A stretch of 64,000 bases of DNA from Candidatus Acidiferrales bacterium (GTDB taxonomy: Bacteria; Acidobacteriota; Terriglobia; Acidiferrales; UBA7541), in contig CAWADS010000046.1 in assembly GCA_963780785.1 (NCBI GenBank), forward strand, positions 21,543 through 85,542, given 5' to 3'. The notes beneath the pieces are model-generated. The model did not search any database. It worked only from the letters and a program-made list of their open reading frames with translations, and was not told where the DNA came from. Positions 20,119-30,490 of the stretch are shown piece after piece; the first letter of the stretch is position 1; each line of letters opens with the position of its first letter. The position numbers and the translations under genes are program-made.

Positions 20119-20410
20119 CACCTTTTCTCCTTCATTAAGCGCAGTGCGCAAGGATAACATAACGCCCCTGGCCGCCAGTTTGGTTCTGAGCATTGTGCAT
20201 TACCGCATGAACGCTGGGCGTTTTGCACATGCCCTTGAAAAAAGTGCGTTTTTCCAGCGATTTTTGCTGTTTTCCCCTTGCGTTCCCCTCTGCCCTTCGC
20301 TATAGTTCCTCTCGGCCCGAGTTTTTCCTTGATAAACAGGGGTTTTCCGCTCGCGGCTGGCCTCGATACGTTCGGGGTGGATAGACAATTCAGGAGGATA
20401 AGCAAACGAA

Positions 20411-20704
20411 ATGGCAGCCAAGCCACTGAGCAAAACAAAGATTGTCGCGCACATTGCGGAAAAGGTCGGCACCGCCAAGAAGACCGTTGCTTCCTTTTTC
20501 GAAGAGCTCCACAAGCTCGCCGTTAAAGAGGCCAAGGGTAGCGCGGGCAAGTTCGTCATTCCCGGGATCGGCCGCGTTGTAAAGGCTCACCGCAAGGCGC
20601 GCCTCGGCCGCAACCCCCAGACCGGCGAGCAGATCAAGATCAAGGCCAAGACGGTTGTCCGTTTGCGCCCGGCGAAGGTGCTGAAGGATGCTGTTCTGAA
20701 GTAG
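20411..20704 (+). CDS. hup: HU family DNA-binding protein
   Basis: RKARLGRNPQTGEQIKIKAK; AGGAGG RBS. Confidence 0.93.
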   Translation: MAAKPLSKTKIVAHIAEKVGTAKKTVASFFEELHKLAVKEAKGSAGKFVIPGIGRVVKAHRKARLGRNPQTGEQIKIKAKTVVRLRPAKVLKDAVLK

Positions 20705-20737
20705 CTGCTTTCTCCCGCTCGGGAGAATGTGAAATCG

Positions 20738-20781
20738 AAAACCCCCGGCAGCCTGCGCCCGCAGGTCACCGGGGGTTTTTC
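20738..20781 (+). terminator. Rho-independent terminator (possibly bidirectional)
   Basis: AAAACCCCCGG...CCGGGGGTTTTT between convergent HU and cytochrome c genes. Confidence 0.75.
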
Positions 20782-20834
20782 TTCACTTCCGAATATTCAA
20801 GAAATCGCGGTGCTTTCGTTCTTCACCGCCCCGC

Positions 20835-21200
20835 TTACAACGTTTTCACGTACGCGATCACATCCTTGATCTGCGATGCTTCCAGGCTATCCTTGAGTCC
20901 CGGCATCAATTGGTCGCCGTTTTCGATCCACGTCTTCAACGTCTCGTCCGTAATCTTGTTGCCATTCACGCTGAAAGTGCCGCGCTTGGAAATGCCCTTC
21001 AGGCCGGGTCCGATCTTCTTTTGATCGCTCGTGTCGTAGTGGCACACGGTACATTTCTGCTGGAAAACGGTTTTGCCGCGCGCCACGGCTGCGGCATTGT
21101 TGCCCGGTTTCCTGCCGGAGTCCTGCCCCAGCACGGCGCTTCCCGCCAACAGCGCCACGCACCCTGCCAAAACTGCCAAGCTCAATGAGAACTTCCTCAC
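20835..21200 (-). CDS. Monoheme cytochrome c
   Basis: GTG start after GGAGG; signal peptide; CTVCH, GPGL, MP, IKDVIAYVKTL. Confidence 0.88.
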   Translation of the reverse strand: MRKFSLSLAVLAGCVALLAGSAVLGQDSGRKPGNNAAAVARGKTVFQQKCTVCHYDTSDQKKIGPGLKGISKRGTFSVNGNKITDETLKTWIENGDQLMPGLKDSLEASQIKDVIAYVKTL

Positions 21201-21357
21201 GGTTCCTCCTTGTCGCTCCGTTCAGGACTTCTCTATTCTCCACATTCCGGCGGCCAATTTCCACCCGCGACCCGTCAAAAGGGACAGTTTGCGGTTGTGC
21301 ACAGCTAGCACCTTCGTACCTTTGACGTTCCTCCAAATCTCCCTTCACAATAGCCTT

Positions 21358-21840
21358 ATGAGCCAGGAGACTTTGACCCGGGCGTGGGAGGTTCTCCAGG
21401 ACGCCTACCAGGCCCAGATGGAAGGCGATTACGACCGCGCCGCGGAACTCTATCAGTCTTCGCTGGAGCTTCATCCCACGGCCGAAGCGCACACCTTTCT
21501 TGGCTGGACCTACCATTTCCAGGGCCGCCTTCTCGAGGCCATCTCCGAATGCAAGCGCGCCATCGAGCTGGATCCCGATTTCGGCAATCCCTATAACGAT
21601 ATTGGCGCTTACCTGATCGAGTTGGGGCAGTTCGATGAAGCCATTCCCTGGCTGCAGCAGGCCGTTGAAGCGCGCCGCTACGAACCGCGACACTTCCCGC
21701 ACTACAACATGGGCCGCGCGTATCTCGGAAAAGAAATGTACGGCCGGGCCATGCGCTGCTTCCAGGAAGCCATCGACCTCGAACCTCGCTACACCCTCGC
21801 GCGCCAAGCCCTCGAATCCCTCCGCCGCATGGTCAACTAG
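21358..21840 (+). CDS. Tetratricopeptide repeat protein
   Basis: Repeated TPR helices (AHTFLGWTY, AIELDPDFGNPYNDIG, PHYNMGRAY). Confidence 0.85.
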   Translation: MSQETLTRAWEVLQDAYQAQMEGDYDRAAELYQSSLELHPTAEAHTFLGWTYHFQGRLLEAISECKRAIELDPDFGNPYNDIGAYLIELGQFDEAIPWLQQAVEARRYEPRHFPHYNMGRAYLGKEMYGRAMRCFQEAIDLEPRYTLARQALESLRRMVN

Positions 21841-22156
21841 TTCTCAGTGGTCAGTTTTCAGTTCGCAGTCAAACCCATCCCTGCGCAAGTCATCGTGAAT
21901 TTGTAGTGGCCGCTTTCTGAAGCGGGCGCTTTTCTCTCGGGGGTTCTCTTGAGGCTCTCTTGCGTAGGTAAGGTTCGCCTTCCGAGGCAAACCGCTCTTG
22001 GGTTTCTCCCAGCCTTGTGGCACAGCCGCCACTGGCACGCTCGCGGGTCTGCCCTTTCTTTAGGAGGTCAAAGCTTCAGTTTATCCTGAGTTTCCAAGGG
22101 CTCTGAAATAGGGGCGACGCTTTCAATGGCTTCAGCTCTGGAGGAAACTGCTTCCC

Positions 22157-23425
22157 CTATGCTGACTCTCTCCCTGGTTTCACCACGCGGTCGTAAATCC
22201 ACAGCAGCGCCGTCGTCGCCAATCCAATCCCCGTCAACGCCCACAAAAACCGCTCCGGCCGGTGCTGCACTTCGCCGAAATAATGCAGCAGCGCCCCGCC
22301 GATGCGCCCCGAAGCAAACGCCCCAATGCCCAGGGGCAAAAACGCAAATCCCATATACGTCCCCTGCTGCCCCGGCGGGGCCAGCCGCGAAATGTAATCG
22401 TAGTATCGCGGCTGCTGAATCAACTCTCCAACCGCGATCACCACCAAGGTGGCATAGACCGCGACGATGCTTGCATGCACCGCCAGAATCGCGAACGCCA
22501 CCATCGCAATCAACGTCCCCAGCAGCACCGCGCGAAACGCCGCGATTTTCTGCGTCAGCACGCTGAACAACACCGTGAACGCAATCACCACCAGCGGCCC
22601 CGTCGAGAGCATTCTTTCTGTGTCCGCTTTCCCATCCACGTACTCGTGCACATAAATCGGCAGCGTGATGAATTCCTGCCAGTACACGATCCAGTAGCCC
22701 GAAAAAATCAGCAGGAAAATCATGAATTTCGGATTCTTCACCACTTGGGCGAAATTGCGAATCGTCACGCCCAGGCTTTCCGTGCGCGCGTCTCCGGACT
22801 TCCGCGGCTCGCGATAAAACAGCAGCACCGCAAAGAACATCACGAACACGCTCAACGACGCAACGCGAAAAACATTTTCAACGCTTAGATTCTTGTGTAC
22901 CCAGGACGCCACAAACGGTCCCAGCGCCCCGCCAATATTCACCAGCGTGTAGTAGATGGAATAGCCAAGGGAACGCACGTTTTCATTCGACGCTCGCGCC
23001 GTCGTCCCCACCACCGAAGGTTTTACCAGCGCCACGCCCAAAGCCGGCAGCATCAACACAATGGTCACCAGCACTACGAGTGGCACGGCGCTGCGCACCG
23101 GCGCAAGCCACGGCGCTCCTAGCGAGCCCAGCAGGAAATATGATCCGGCAAGAATGAGGTACGCCAGCGAAAGCGCGCGCCGGAAACCCAGCCGGTCCGC
23201 AATCGCTCCCCCGAAGATCGCCAGAAACCATACCAGCCCGCCAAACAACCCTGAAAGATCCGCGGCCCGCTCCAGCGGAAAGCTCAGCGTTTCGTGCAGA
23301 TACCGCGCCAGGGAGGCAAACGCCGCGTAATAGGAGAGCCGCTCAAACAGCTCGCTGATATTGGCCACCCAGAACGGCCGCTCAAACCCCGTTCGTACCT
23401 CCTCCAGCCGCTGCGCCAGGCTCAT
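22157..23425 (-). CDS. MFS transporter (POT/peptide-like)
   Basis: ELFERLSYY (ExxER motif), GGAIADRLG, about 12 hydrophobic segments. Confidence 0.85.
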   Translation of the reverse strand: MSLAQRLEEVRTGFERPFWVANISELFERLSYYAAFASLARYLHETLSFPLERAADLSGLFGGLVWFLAIFGGAIADRLGFRRALSLAYLILAGSYFLLGSLGAPWLAPVRSAVPLVVLVTIVLMLPALGVALVKPSVVGTTARASNENVRSLGYSIYYTLVNIGGALGPFVASWVHKNLSVENVFRVASLSVFVMFFAVLLFYREPRKSGDARTESLGVTIRNFAQVVKNPKFMIFLLIFSGYWIVYWQEFITLPIYVHEYVDGKADTERMLSTGPLVVIAFTVLFSVLTQKIAAFRAVLLGTLIAMVAFAILAVHASIVAVYATLVVIAVGELIQQPRYYDYISRLAPPGQQGTYMGFAFLPLGIGAFASGRIGGALLHYFGEVQHRPERFLWALTGIGLATTALLWIYDRVVKPGRESA

Positions 23426-23588
23426 GCATCCTCCGTCGTCCGCAAGCCCGGAATGATAGCAGATAGCGGCCCGTGCCACGCGTCCTCGGCACACTTCCGC
23501 CAGAGCCTGAGGAAACAAACACAGAGACGTTTACATGTTGGATTTCAAACGCAGCCTGAGAAGCAAAGGCTTGGAATTTGCCGCGGCG

Positions 23589-23972
23589 CTAAACAGGGAT
23601 CGGCTTCTGCAGCGCGCGGAGCCGTAGGCGGGTCAGCAGCGCCGCAAGTTGCGCGCGATCCTGCTGATGCACGGCCGTGAACCGCATCCCGAGTCCTTTG
23701 CCAGGCGTGGAATGTCGCACCGCCGCTTCCGCGCGTATCTGTCCTTCATCCACAAGAAAGTGGAGTTTGGCCATCAGCCCCTTGGCGAACCGGTGCGGCG
23801 TTTCCAGGAACAATCCACCCATGCCCACATTGCGCACGCGCGACACGTCCTTCCGGTGGCTGCATTCCCAGTACACCCACACATCCGTCGCGGCTTCCAC
23901 GCGGCTGGTCAGCCTTCGCGATGGGGAGGAACCCATCCGGAAGAATTGCTCTTGCGGCGAATCGTCTGCCAT
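23589..23972 (-). CDS. PilZ domain protein
   Basis: RRLTSR...RNVGMGGLFL...GLGMRF. Confidence 0.75.
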   Translation of the reverse strand: MADDSPQEQFFRMGSSPSRRLTSRVEAATDVWVYWECSHRKDVSRVRNVGMGGLFLETPHRFAKGLMAKLHFLVDEGQIRAEAAVRHSTPGKGLGMRFTAVHQQDRAQLAALLTRLRLRALQKPIPV

Positions 23973-24192
23973 CTTAAATCTCCCGGGCGCGGGGGAAGCA
24001 TACTTGCAAAATGTTTTGCCAGTGTCAATACCTTGTTGCGGGAATTTGACGAAGACGCGCATTACGCGACGCTCCTGCTGCTTCCCCCGTCCAGTGGCGA
24101 GGAGCAGGTTAGTTTCCCCAACAAGGAGAACTCCGCAAATCATGTTTTTTCAGCGATTTGTCTTGAAATCTTCGGGCAACCGGCGAGAGGAG

Positions 24193-24594
24193 CTATTTCC
24201 TGGGTGAGCTGGTGGAGATGACTGTGCGGGCTTCGGGATGCTTCGGCGACCAATCCTCCGGAGGAAAGGCGACGCGCCAGAAAGTCGGGCAGGGAGAGGA
24301 AAACTCCAGTCCGATTTCCGCTCTACCGGAACGCACCGGGCCAAGGAACACCACCTGACATTCTTGTTCCTGCTTGGTGCCGTTGTGCTGCATGTGTACC
24401 GTGCTGCCGCTGGTGATACGCGCCTGCAGCAGTATCAAAGCTCCGTGCGCATTAATGGCCAGTGTGGAGGTTTCCTCTTCAAAAGAGGCGCCCTCCGCGC
24501 TCTCGCCGCGGATGCGAACACCGACCTGCATCAAGACTCGTTGGCTCCGGCGGCGTGGCCCCGCGTGACTCGGGGCATTCGGCGATTGGCCCAT
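24193..24594 (-). CDS. Small PilZ-like protein
   Basis: RRRSQRV...NAHGAL...GLEF..PCPTFW..FPPEDW. Confidence 0.7.
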   Translation of the reverse strand: MGQSPNAPSHAGPRRRSQRVLMQVGVRIRGESAEGASFEEETSTLAINAHGALILLQARITSGSTVHMQHNGTKQEQECQVVFLGPVRSGRAEIGLEFSSPCPTFWRVAFPPEDWSPKHPEARTVISTSSPRK

Positions 24595-24850
24595 AAAACC
24601 TCGCATCTTTAAATATACCGCGTGGGAAATGAAAGTCGAGTGCCAAGGCAAACGCCGTATGCAAAAAGGCTACGCTGCATAGACAACGCGCTCACATACC
24701 AATGAGTGAATCCCATGTTTTTGCGCGCGTCTGACCACAGGGCGTGGGCAACTCCTCATGGGTTCCAGCCTTCTCGCACAGGTGCGGAACGCTTCGGTTG
24801 CCAGCCACAGGCGCGCCCTCAGCAACCAAGGGTGACGCTGTCCCGCCCGT

Positions 24851-26194
24851 TCAGGAGCGCTGATCGATGGGCGCGTAGGGCCGTGTATCGTGGCCGAGAT
24901 AGATTTGCCGGGGCCGTGCAATCTTCTGTTCGGGGTCCAGCAGCATCTCTTCCCACTGCGCCAGCCAGCCAGACATGCGCGGAATGGCGAACAGCACCGG
25001 GAACATTGTCATGGGGAAGCCCATGGATTGGTAAATGAGCCCGGTATAAAAGTCCACGTTGGGATAGAGCTTGCGCTTCACGAAGTAATCGTCCTCAAGG
25101 GCAATACGCTCGCATTCCAAAGCAATCTCGAGCAGCGGATTCTTGCCCATCAGGTCGAAAACCTCATAGGCGATCTTCTTGATAATCCGGGCGCGCGGAT
25201 CGTAGTTCTTATACACGCGATGGCCGAAACCCATCAGCCGCGTCTCACCGCTCTTCACCCGCTTGATGAACTCCGGAACCCTTTCGATCGTGCCAATCTC
25301 ATTGAGCATCCGCAAAACTTCTTCATTCGCGCCGCCATGCAGCGGCCCGTAAAGAGCCGCAATCGCAGCCGCGGCCGCGCAGTATGGATCAACATGCGAG
25401 CTGCCCACGCCTCGGATGGTGTTCGTCGAGCAGTTCTGCTCGTGGTCCGCGTGCAGGATGAAAAGGATGTCCAGCGCATGCTCCAGCGTGGGATTCGGCC
25501 GGTAGCGCGTCTCGCTCGTCCGGAACAGCATGTTCAGGAAATTTCCGGGATAACTCAGTTCGTTGTCCGGGTACACGAACGGCATCCCCAGCGTATGCCG
25601 GTACGAAAACGCCGCGATCGTGGGCATCTTGCCGATCAGCCGGTACGTCTGCTTCTTGCGCGATTCCGCGTTAAACACGTCCTTCGCGTCGTGATAAAAG
25701 GTGGAGAGCGCCGCTATCGCCGAGACCAGCATCCCCATCGGATGCGCGTCGTAGTGAAACCCGTCCAGGAACTTCTTGATGCTTTCGTGAATGAACGTGT
25801 GATGTGTGACGTTATCGTGCCAATCTTTCAGCTGCGCCGCCGTCGGAAGCTCCCCGTGAAGCAGCAAATACGCGGTCTCCAGGTACGTGGACTTTTCCGC
25901 AAGCTCTTCGATGGGATACCCGCGGTACCGCAGAATCCCGGCGTCGCCGTCAATGTACGTGATGCGGCTGATGCACGAAGCCGTGTTGTTGTACGCCGGA
26001 TCGTAGCTGATCATGCCGAAGTCGGCGGGATCCACTCTGAGCTGCCGAAGGTCCACGGCGCGAATCGTGCCGTGGGTAACAGGCACTTCGTAGGCTTTCC
26101 CGGTGCGATTATCGGTGATGGTGATCGTGTCGCGGCGCGTCGAGGAGGAGGCGTCCTCGGCCTTCGCTTGCGTTGCCGGCAAGGCAGAATCCAT
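24851..26194 (-). CDS. gltA: Citrate synthase
   Basis: ITYIDGDAGILRYRGY, HADHEQNCST, GPLHGGANE, MGFGHRVYK, YPNVDFY. Confidence 0.95.
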   Translation of the reverse strand: MDSALPATQAKAEDASSSTRRDTITITDNRTGKAYEVPVTHGTIRAVDLRQLRVDPADFGMISYDPAYNNTASCISRITYIDGDAGILRYRGYPIEELAEKSTYLETAYLLLHGELPTAAQLKDWHDNVTHHTFIHESIKKFLDGFHYDAHPMGMLVSAIAALSTFYHDAKDVFNAESRKKQTYRLIGKMPTIAAFSYRHTLGMPFVYPDNELSYPGNFLNMLFRTSETRYRPNPTLEHALDILFILHADHEQNCSTNTIRGVGSSHVDPYCAAAAAIAALYGPLHGGANEEVLRMLNEIGTIERVPEFIKRVKSGETRLMGFGHRVYKNYDPRARIIKKIAYEVFDLMGKNPLLEIALECERIALEDDYFVKRKLYPNVDFYTGLIYQSMGFPMTMFPVLFAIPRMSGWLAQWEEMLLDPEQKIARPRQIYLGHDTRPYAPIDQRS

Positions 26195-26345
26195 GAACCT
26201 GCACCTCATCGATTGCGGGGAGCGGCCGCCTAGGAATATCACTCTACACCAAAGCGCGCGCGGGAGGAAATGGAGCGAAAAGAGGGGCTAAGGACCTGAA
26301 CGGAAAGGGAATAAGGGCGAATACGGCGTTGTACATACCATCCTC

Positions 26346-26374
26346 TTGACATTAGTCGTTATAACGCGTATTAT
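26346..26374 (+). promoter_or_regulatory. Sigma70-type promoter with palindromic operator in the spacer
   Basis: TTGACA-17 nt-TATTAT; spacer contains the palindrome CGTTATAACG. Confidence 0.7.
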
Positions 26375-26400
26375 TCCCCTGTCGTTGCCAGGAGGCCCCT

Positions 26401-27099
26401 ATGATTCACATTCGCAAGAGCGATGCCCGCGGCCATGCCAACCACGGCTGGCTCGATTCGCGCTTTACCTTTTCCTTCGCCGAGTATTTCGACCCCGCGC
26501 ATACGCAGTTTCGCACCCTGCGCGTCATGAACGATGACCGCGTCGCCGGCGGCGCGGGCTTTCCCACGCATCCGCACCGCGACATGGAAATCGTCACCTA
26601 CGTCCTGGAAGGCGCGCTCCAGCACCGCGACAGTATGGGCAATGGCTCCGTGATCCGCCCCGGTGATGTGCAATATATGAGCGCGGGAACGGGCGTTTCG
26701 CACAGCGAGTTCAACGCTTCCGAAACGGAAACCGTGCACCTTTACCAGATCTGGATGTTCCCGGACCACAAGGGCCACAAGCCCGCGTACGGCCAGAAAC
26801 ACTTTGCGGAAGCGGACAAGCGCGGCAAGCTGCGCTTGGTGGTTTCGCCGGACGGCCGCGAAGGCTCGGTGAAGATCCGCCAGGATAACGAACTCTTCGC
26901 CACCGTGCTGGCGCCGGGCGAAACGGTCAAGCACGAGCTGAAACCGCAGCGCCACGCGTATGTGCAAGTCGCGCGCGGCAGCGTCACGCTGAATGGCCAG
27001 ACGCTGGAAGCCGGAGACGGCGCGGCCATTTCCGAAGAGCATTCCATCGAATTAGCCGGTGTGCAGGACGCCGAAGTGCTCCTCTTCGATCTGGTTTAA
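26401..27099 (+). CDS. Pirin family protein (YhhW-like)
   Basis: [36 protein letters not shown]. Confidence 0.93.
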   Translation: MIHIRKSDARGHANHGWLDSRFTFSFAEYFDPAHTQFRTLRVMNDDRVAGGAGFPTHPHRDMEIVTYVLEGALQHRDSMGNGSVIRPGDVQYMSAGTGVSHSEFNASETETVHLYQIWMFPDHKGHKPAYGQKHFAEADKRGKLRLVVSPDGREGSVKIRQDNELFATVLAPGETVKHELKPQRHAYVQVARGSVTLNGQTLEAGDGAAISEEHSIELAGVQDAEVLLFDLV

Positions 27100-27144
27100 T
27101 TCGCGCGGTGCGCGCCGGAACGAGAAACGCGAAAATCGTCAAAC

Positions 27145-27169
27145 GGGCGGGAGCAATCCCGCCCTTTTT
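27145..27169 (+). terminator. Rho-independent terminator
   Basis: GGGCGGGA-GCAA-TCCCGCCC-TTTTT after pirin. Confidence 0.8.
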
Positions 27170-27239
27170 GTTTTTGCGAATGTCGGGGTTCGCGCAACGG
27201 CTCGTGCCCTGCCCCTGAAGGTTCTTTTGTTTCTCTACA

Positions 27240-27300
27240 GGAGGCCGGGGCTTCAGCCCCGGCGTAAAGCGTCTTCCTTCGAGGGGCTTTAGCCCCTGAA
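27240..27300. repeat. REP-like palindrome pair (GGGGCTKAAGCCCC family)
   Basis: GCCGGGGCTTCAGCCCCGGC and AGGGGCTTTAGCCCCT; related copies near 30180, 30345, 30860, 31690, 31723, 52070 and 52220. Confidence 0.75.
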
Positions 27301-27339
27301 GCCTGCCGAAGACTTTCAGCCTATTTCTGGAGCGGCACC

Positions 27340-27900
27340 CTACGCAGCTGCGCTCTTGGCCGACCCGCGCGACCACAACGTCACAGACAACAGAACGCCC
27401 AGCACCATCGACGCCACCAACACAATCACGGAAGCGCCAAGCGCCGGCTTCGCGGTCATCAGGTACACAATTCCCGCAGCCAGCAGCACGCGCACGCGAA
27501 TCAGCGTCGGCAGCACCGCGCTCTGCAATTGCAGCAGAGCCTCCGGCGTAAGCGGCAGGTTCCCTTCCGGCAGCGCCCCGCGCATTGCCTGCACGCGCGG
27601 TAATATCAGCGCGAAGCCGATCAGCAGCGCCACCACGATCCCCGCCACGGAAACGATCAGCCAGTCTTGTTTCATCCCGCCGGTCAGCGCAGCCAGCCAG
27701 CCGCCGGAAAGGATCAGCACCGCCAGCGCCGCCCCGGTCACGGGAGGCGAAACGCGGTACACGCGCAGCCACGCGCGCGCCTGATCCGTGGTGCTGGAAT
27801 GGTGCAGCAGCGCGCTCACGGTCCACTCCAGGCCGTAGCCGAGGAACAGCCCGAGGGCGCTGAGGATGTGCACGAACAGAACATTGGAGTAGAGGTTCAT
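27340..27900 (-). CDS. Membrane protein (DUF2269-like)
   Basis: LFVHILSA N-terminus, 4-5 TM helices, YLMTAKP; GGAGG RBS. Confidence 0.65.
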   Translation of the reverse strand: MNLYSNVLFVHILSALGLFLGYGLEWTVSALLHHSSTTDQARAWLRVYRVSPPVTGAALAVLILSGGWLAALTGGMKQDWLIVSVAGIVVALLIGFALILPRVQAMRGALPEGNLPLTPEALLQLQSAVLPTLIRVRVLLAAGIVYLMTAKPALGASVIVLVASMVLGVLLSVTLWSRGSAKSAAA

Positions 27901-27960
27901 CATTCCTCCGATCGGCTAGCGGCGGCAAAACGCGCGCGGATGAAAATCCGCGCGCCGGGA

Positions 27961-29076
27961 TTAAGCGCGGGTGCGCTGGAATTCGCGCATGAATTCCGTC
28001 AGGGCTTCGACGGCGTCGAGCCCCACGGCATTGTACAGCGAGATGCGCATGCCGCCCACCGAGCGATGTCCGGGCGTGCCGATCAGGCGCGCGGCGGTGG
28101 CGTCCTTGGCAAATTGTTTTTCGACGGCCTCATCGCCGCCCGCCACGCGGAACACCACGTTCATCAGCGAACGCGAAGCTTTCTCCACGGGGCAGCGGTA
28201 GAAGCCGTTGCTGTCCTCGATGGTGTGATAAAGAAGCTTGGCCTTGGCTTCGTTGCGTTTCTGCATCCCGGCCAGTCCGCCTTCGGCCGCGATCCATTCG
28301 GTCACCAGGCCCAGGACGTACACCGCGAACGTCGGCGGCGTGTGGTACAGCGATTTTTCCTTGATGTGCGTGCGGTACTGCAGCAGCGAAGGCAGATTCT
28401 TGTCCGCGCGCTCCGCCAGGTCCTTGCGCACGATGACCAGGGTCACGCCGCTGGGGCCAAGATTCTTCTGCGCCCCGGCGAAGATCAGCCCAAACTTGGA
28501 AACGTCCATGGGCCGCGAAGCGATGTCGCTGGACATGTCCGCCACCAGCGGCGCCGCCGTAGCGGGCAGCTCCGTGTACTGCGTGCCCTCGATGGTGTTG
28601 TTGCTGCAAATGTAAGTGTAGGAAGCGTCGGGCGAGAGCTTGATCTCTTCGCGCCGCGGCAGCCGCGCAAACTTCTCCGCTTCCGTGGACGCGGCGATAT
28701 TGTGCAGCACGCCCTTCTTCAATTCGCCGATGGCCTTCGCCGTCCACGCGCCCGTGTGCAGCACATCCACCGGCTTGCCCGGCAGGCACAGGTTCATCGG
28801 CACCATGGTGAACTGCATGCTGCCCCCGCCTTGCACGAAGATCACCGCGTACTCTTCGGGGATGGCCAGGAGCCTGCGCAGGTTCTGCTCAGCGGCGTTG
28901 TTGATGGCCTCAAATTCCGCGGAACGGTGCGAAAGTTCCATCACAGACATGCCGGTGCCGCGATAGTCCAGCAACTCCTCGCGGATACGCTCCAGCACGG
29001 GCAGCGGCAAAGCGGCGGGCCCGGCGTTGAAATTGAAAGCGCGCTTGACGGCGCGTATAGGTGCAGTTGTGCTCAT
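27961..29076 (-). CDS. serC: Phosphoserine aminotransferase
   Basis: FNFNAGPAALP, SVMELSHRS, GAQKNLGPSG, GHRSVGGMRIS. Confidence 0.95.
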   Translation of the reverse strand: MSTTAPIRAVKRAFNFNAGPAALPLPVLERIREELLDYRGTGMSVMELSHRSAEFEAINNAAEQNLRRLLAIPEEYAVIFVQGGGSMQFTMVPMNLCLPGKPVDVLHTGAWTAKAIGELKKGVLHNIAASTEAEKFARLPRREEIKLSPDASYTYICSNNTIEGTQYTELPATAAPLVADMSSDIASRPMDVSKFGLIFAGAQKNLGPSGVTLVIVRKDLAERADKNLPSLLQYRTHIKEKSLYHTPPTFAVYVLGLVTEWIAAEGGLAGMQKRNEAKAKLLYHTIEDSNGFYRCPVEKASRSLMNVVFRVAGGDEAVEKQFAKDATAARLIGTPGHRSVGGMRISLYNAVGLDAVEALTEFMREFQRTRA

Positions 29077-29314
29077 GGTTGGAATGGCCTTTCCATGAAA
29101 AATTTGCGGTGCTTCCGTGGGTGCGACCCCGCAGGACGCGCTCGGGGCAAGGGAGTGGACCGCCAGATAGCATAACAGATAACGGCAGTGGCGAGTGGCG
29201 AGCAGGGGCGGCGTCCCGAAGCGCGAAACTCGAAAAACGAAATTGAAAAACGGCTCCGGCGCGCGGTGGCCTACAGGGCGCAGAGACCCCCAATCTGTCG
29301 CCTGACCCACTTCC

Positions 29315-29475
29315 GTCATTCCGAGCGGAGTCCTCGCGCCGAGGAATCTCTCCGCAGTCTTTTCTTTTCCGCGCCGAACTGCGGTGGTCCTTTCCCGGAA
29401 CGAGAATGTCGGCGCGCCGACATTTTCACTTCGGAGCGCCGCGAAAGGGGATGGCCACCTGAAGGTGGCCGCTAC
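29315..29475. repeat. Cluster of REP-like palindromes
   Basis: GTCATTCCGAGCG...CGAGGAATCT; AATGTCGGCGCGCCGACATT; TGGCCACCTGAAGGTGGCCGCTAC (GTAG-type REP on the minus strand). Confidence 0.7.
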
Positions 29476-29640
29476 AAAGACAAGGAAAAACCGTGGCGCG
29501 CCTCTGGCGCTGAGACCGCGGGGCGGCCAGAAAGGCCATTCCCATTGACGGAAGATGATGCGGCATGTAGACTCGCGCCTGCCCTTCGGGGCCTAGACCT
29601 GGGCCAAACACAATCATCTTCAGAAAATTCAGGAGAATAC

Positions 29641-30081
29641 ATGAGAAAAGTTCTATGGGCCACTCTGTTTGTTGTGATGTTGCTGAGCGCGCTTCCTAGC
29701 TATGCGCAAAGTCCAAACTATGACGTCGGGCCGGTGTGGCGCGTCACCTACTACCACCTCAAGCCCGGTCAGGGCGACGCGTTCTGGAAAGATATTCGCG
29801 AGAACATGAAGCCGTTGTTTGAAGAGTACAAGAAGGCAGGGATGATCAGCGATTACAAAGTCTGGACGAACCTCACCACCGATCGCCCGGACGACTGGGA
29901 CGTTGCCGTTGGTATTCTTTTTCCAAACTATGCTGCGCTCGACCAGGTGGACGCCAAAGCCGCGACCATCTCCACAAAGCATTACGGCTCACGAGAGGCC
30001 ATGCTGGACGCGGCGAAGAAACGTAGTGAGATACGCGAAGTGGTGATGAGCAAGTTGGCGCGCGAAGTGATGCCAAAGTAA
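29641..30081 (+). CDS. Secreted hypothetical protein
   Basis: AGGAG RBS, signal peptide MRKVLWATLFVVMLLSALPSYA, coding-like composition. Confidence 0.7.
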   Translation: MRKVLWATLFVVMLLSALPSYAQSPNYDVGPVWRVTYYHLKPGQGDAFWKDIRENMKPLFEEYKKAGMISDYKVWTNLTTDRPDDWDVAVGILFPNYAALDQVDAKAATISTKHYGSREAMLDAAKKRSEIREVVMSKLAREVMPK

Positions 30082-30177
30082 AAGTTGTATCCGTGTGGCA
30101 AGCAAACCGGCGTGGCCCCGAATGCTTTGAGAAAGAGCGTTCGGGGCTTGCTGTTTTATGGGTGCGGAGAGGAGTCT

Positions 30178-30370
30178 TCAGGGGCCGAAGCCCGCTTTGT
30201 CGGCGGCGGATTGTCGGACATGAATGTCCGACCTCCTGGGGAGGCAGAGAGATCCCTCCACTCCGCGGCCCGACGCGCCATAATTCGGCGCGCAAGAGAA
30301 AATCGGGCCGCTCCGGTCGGGATGACGAATCTTGGGGTGTGTTTACGGCACGACTGAAGTCGTGCCCTCC
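30178..30370. repeat. Cluster of REP-like palindromes
   Basis: CAGGGGCCGAAGCCC, GTCGGACATGAATGTCCGAC, GAGATCCCTC...CGGGATGAC, GGCACGACTGAAGTCGTGCC. Confidence 0.7.
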
Positions 30371-30490
30371 AAGAGCGAGAAGAGGCGTGCACACAGGCGC
30401 GGGAAACATTTTGAGAGGGGGATGCGTATTATTGAGGAGAGGCGCGCAGGGGTGTCTGCCGCGCCGAGGTCGAAGCGAAAGGGGTGCACT

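Noticed and set aside
24890-26233. 447-aa + strand ORF, and similar long antisense ORFs (4091-5668, 20887-21807, 27667-29175, 35237-36736, 38708-40033, 55075-56364, 59722-61086)
   Set aside because: Shadow frames opposite well-supported genes in GC-rich DNA, with no recognisable motifs.
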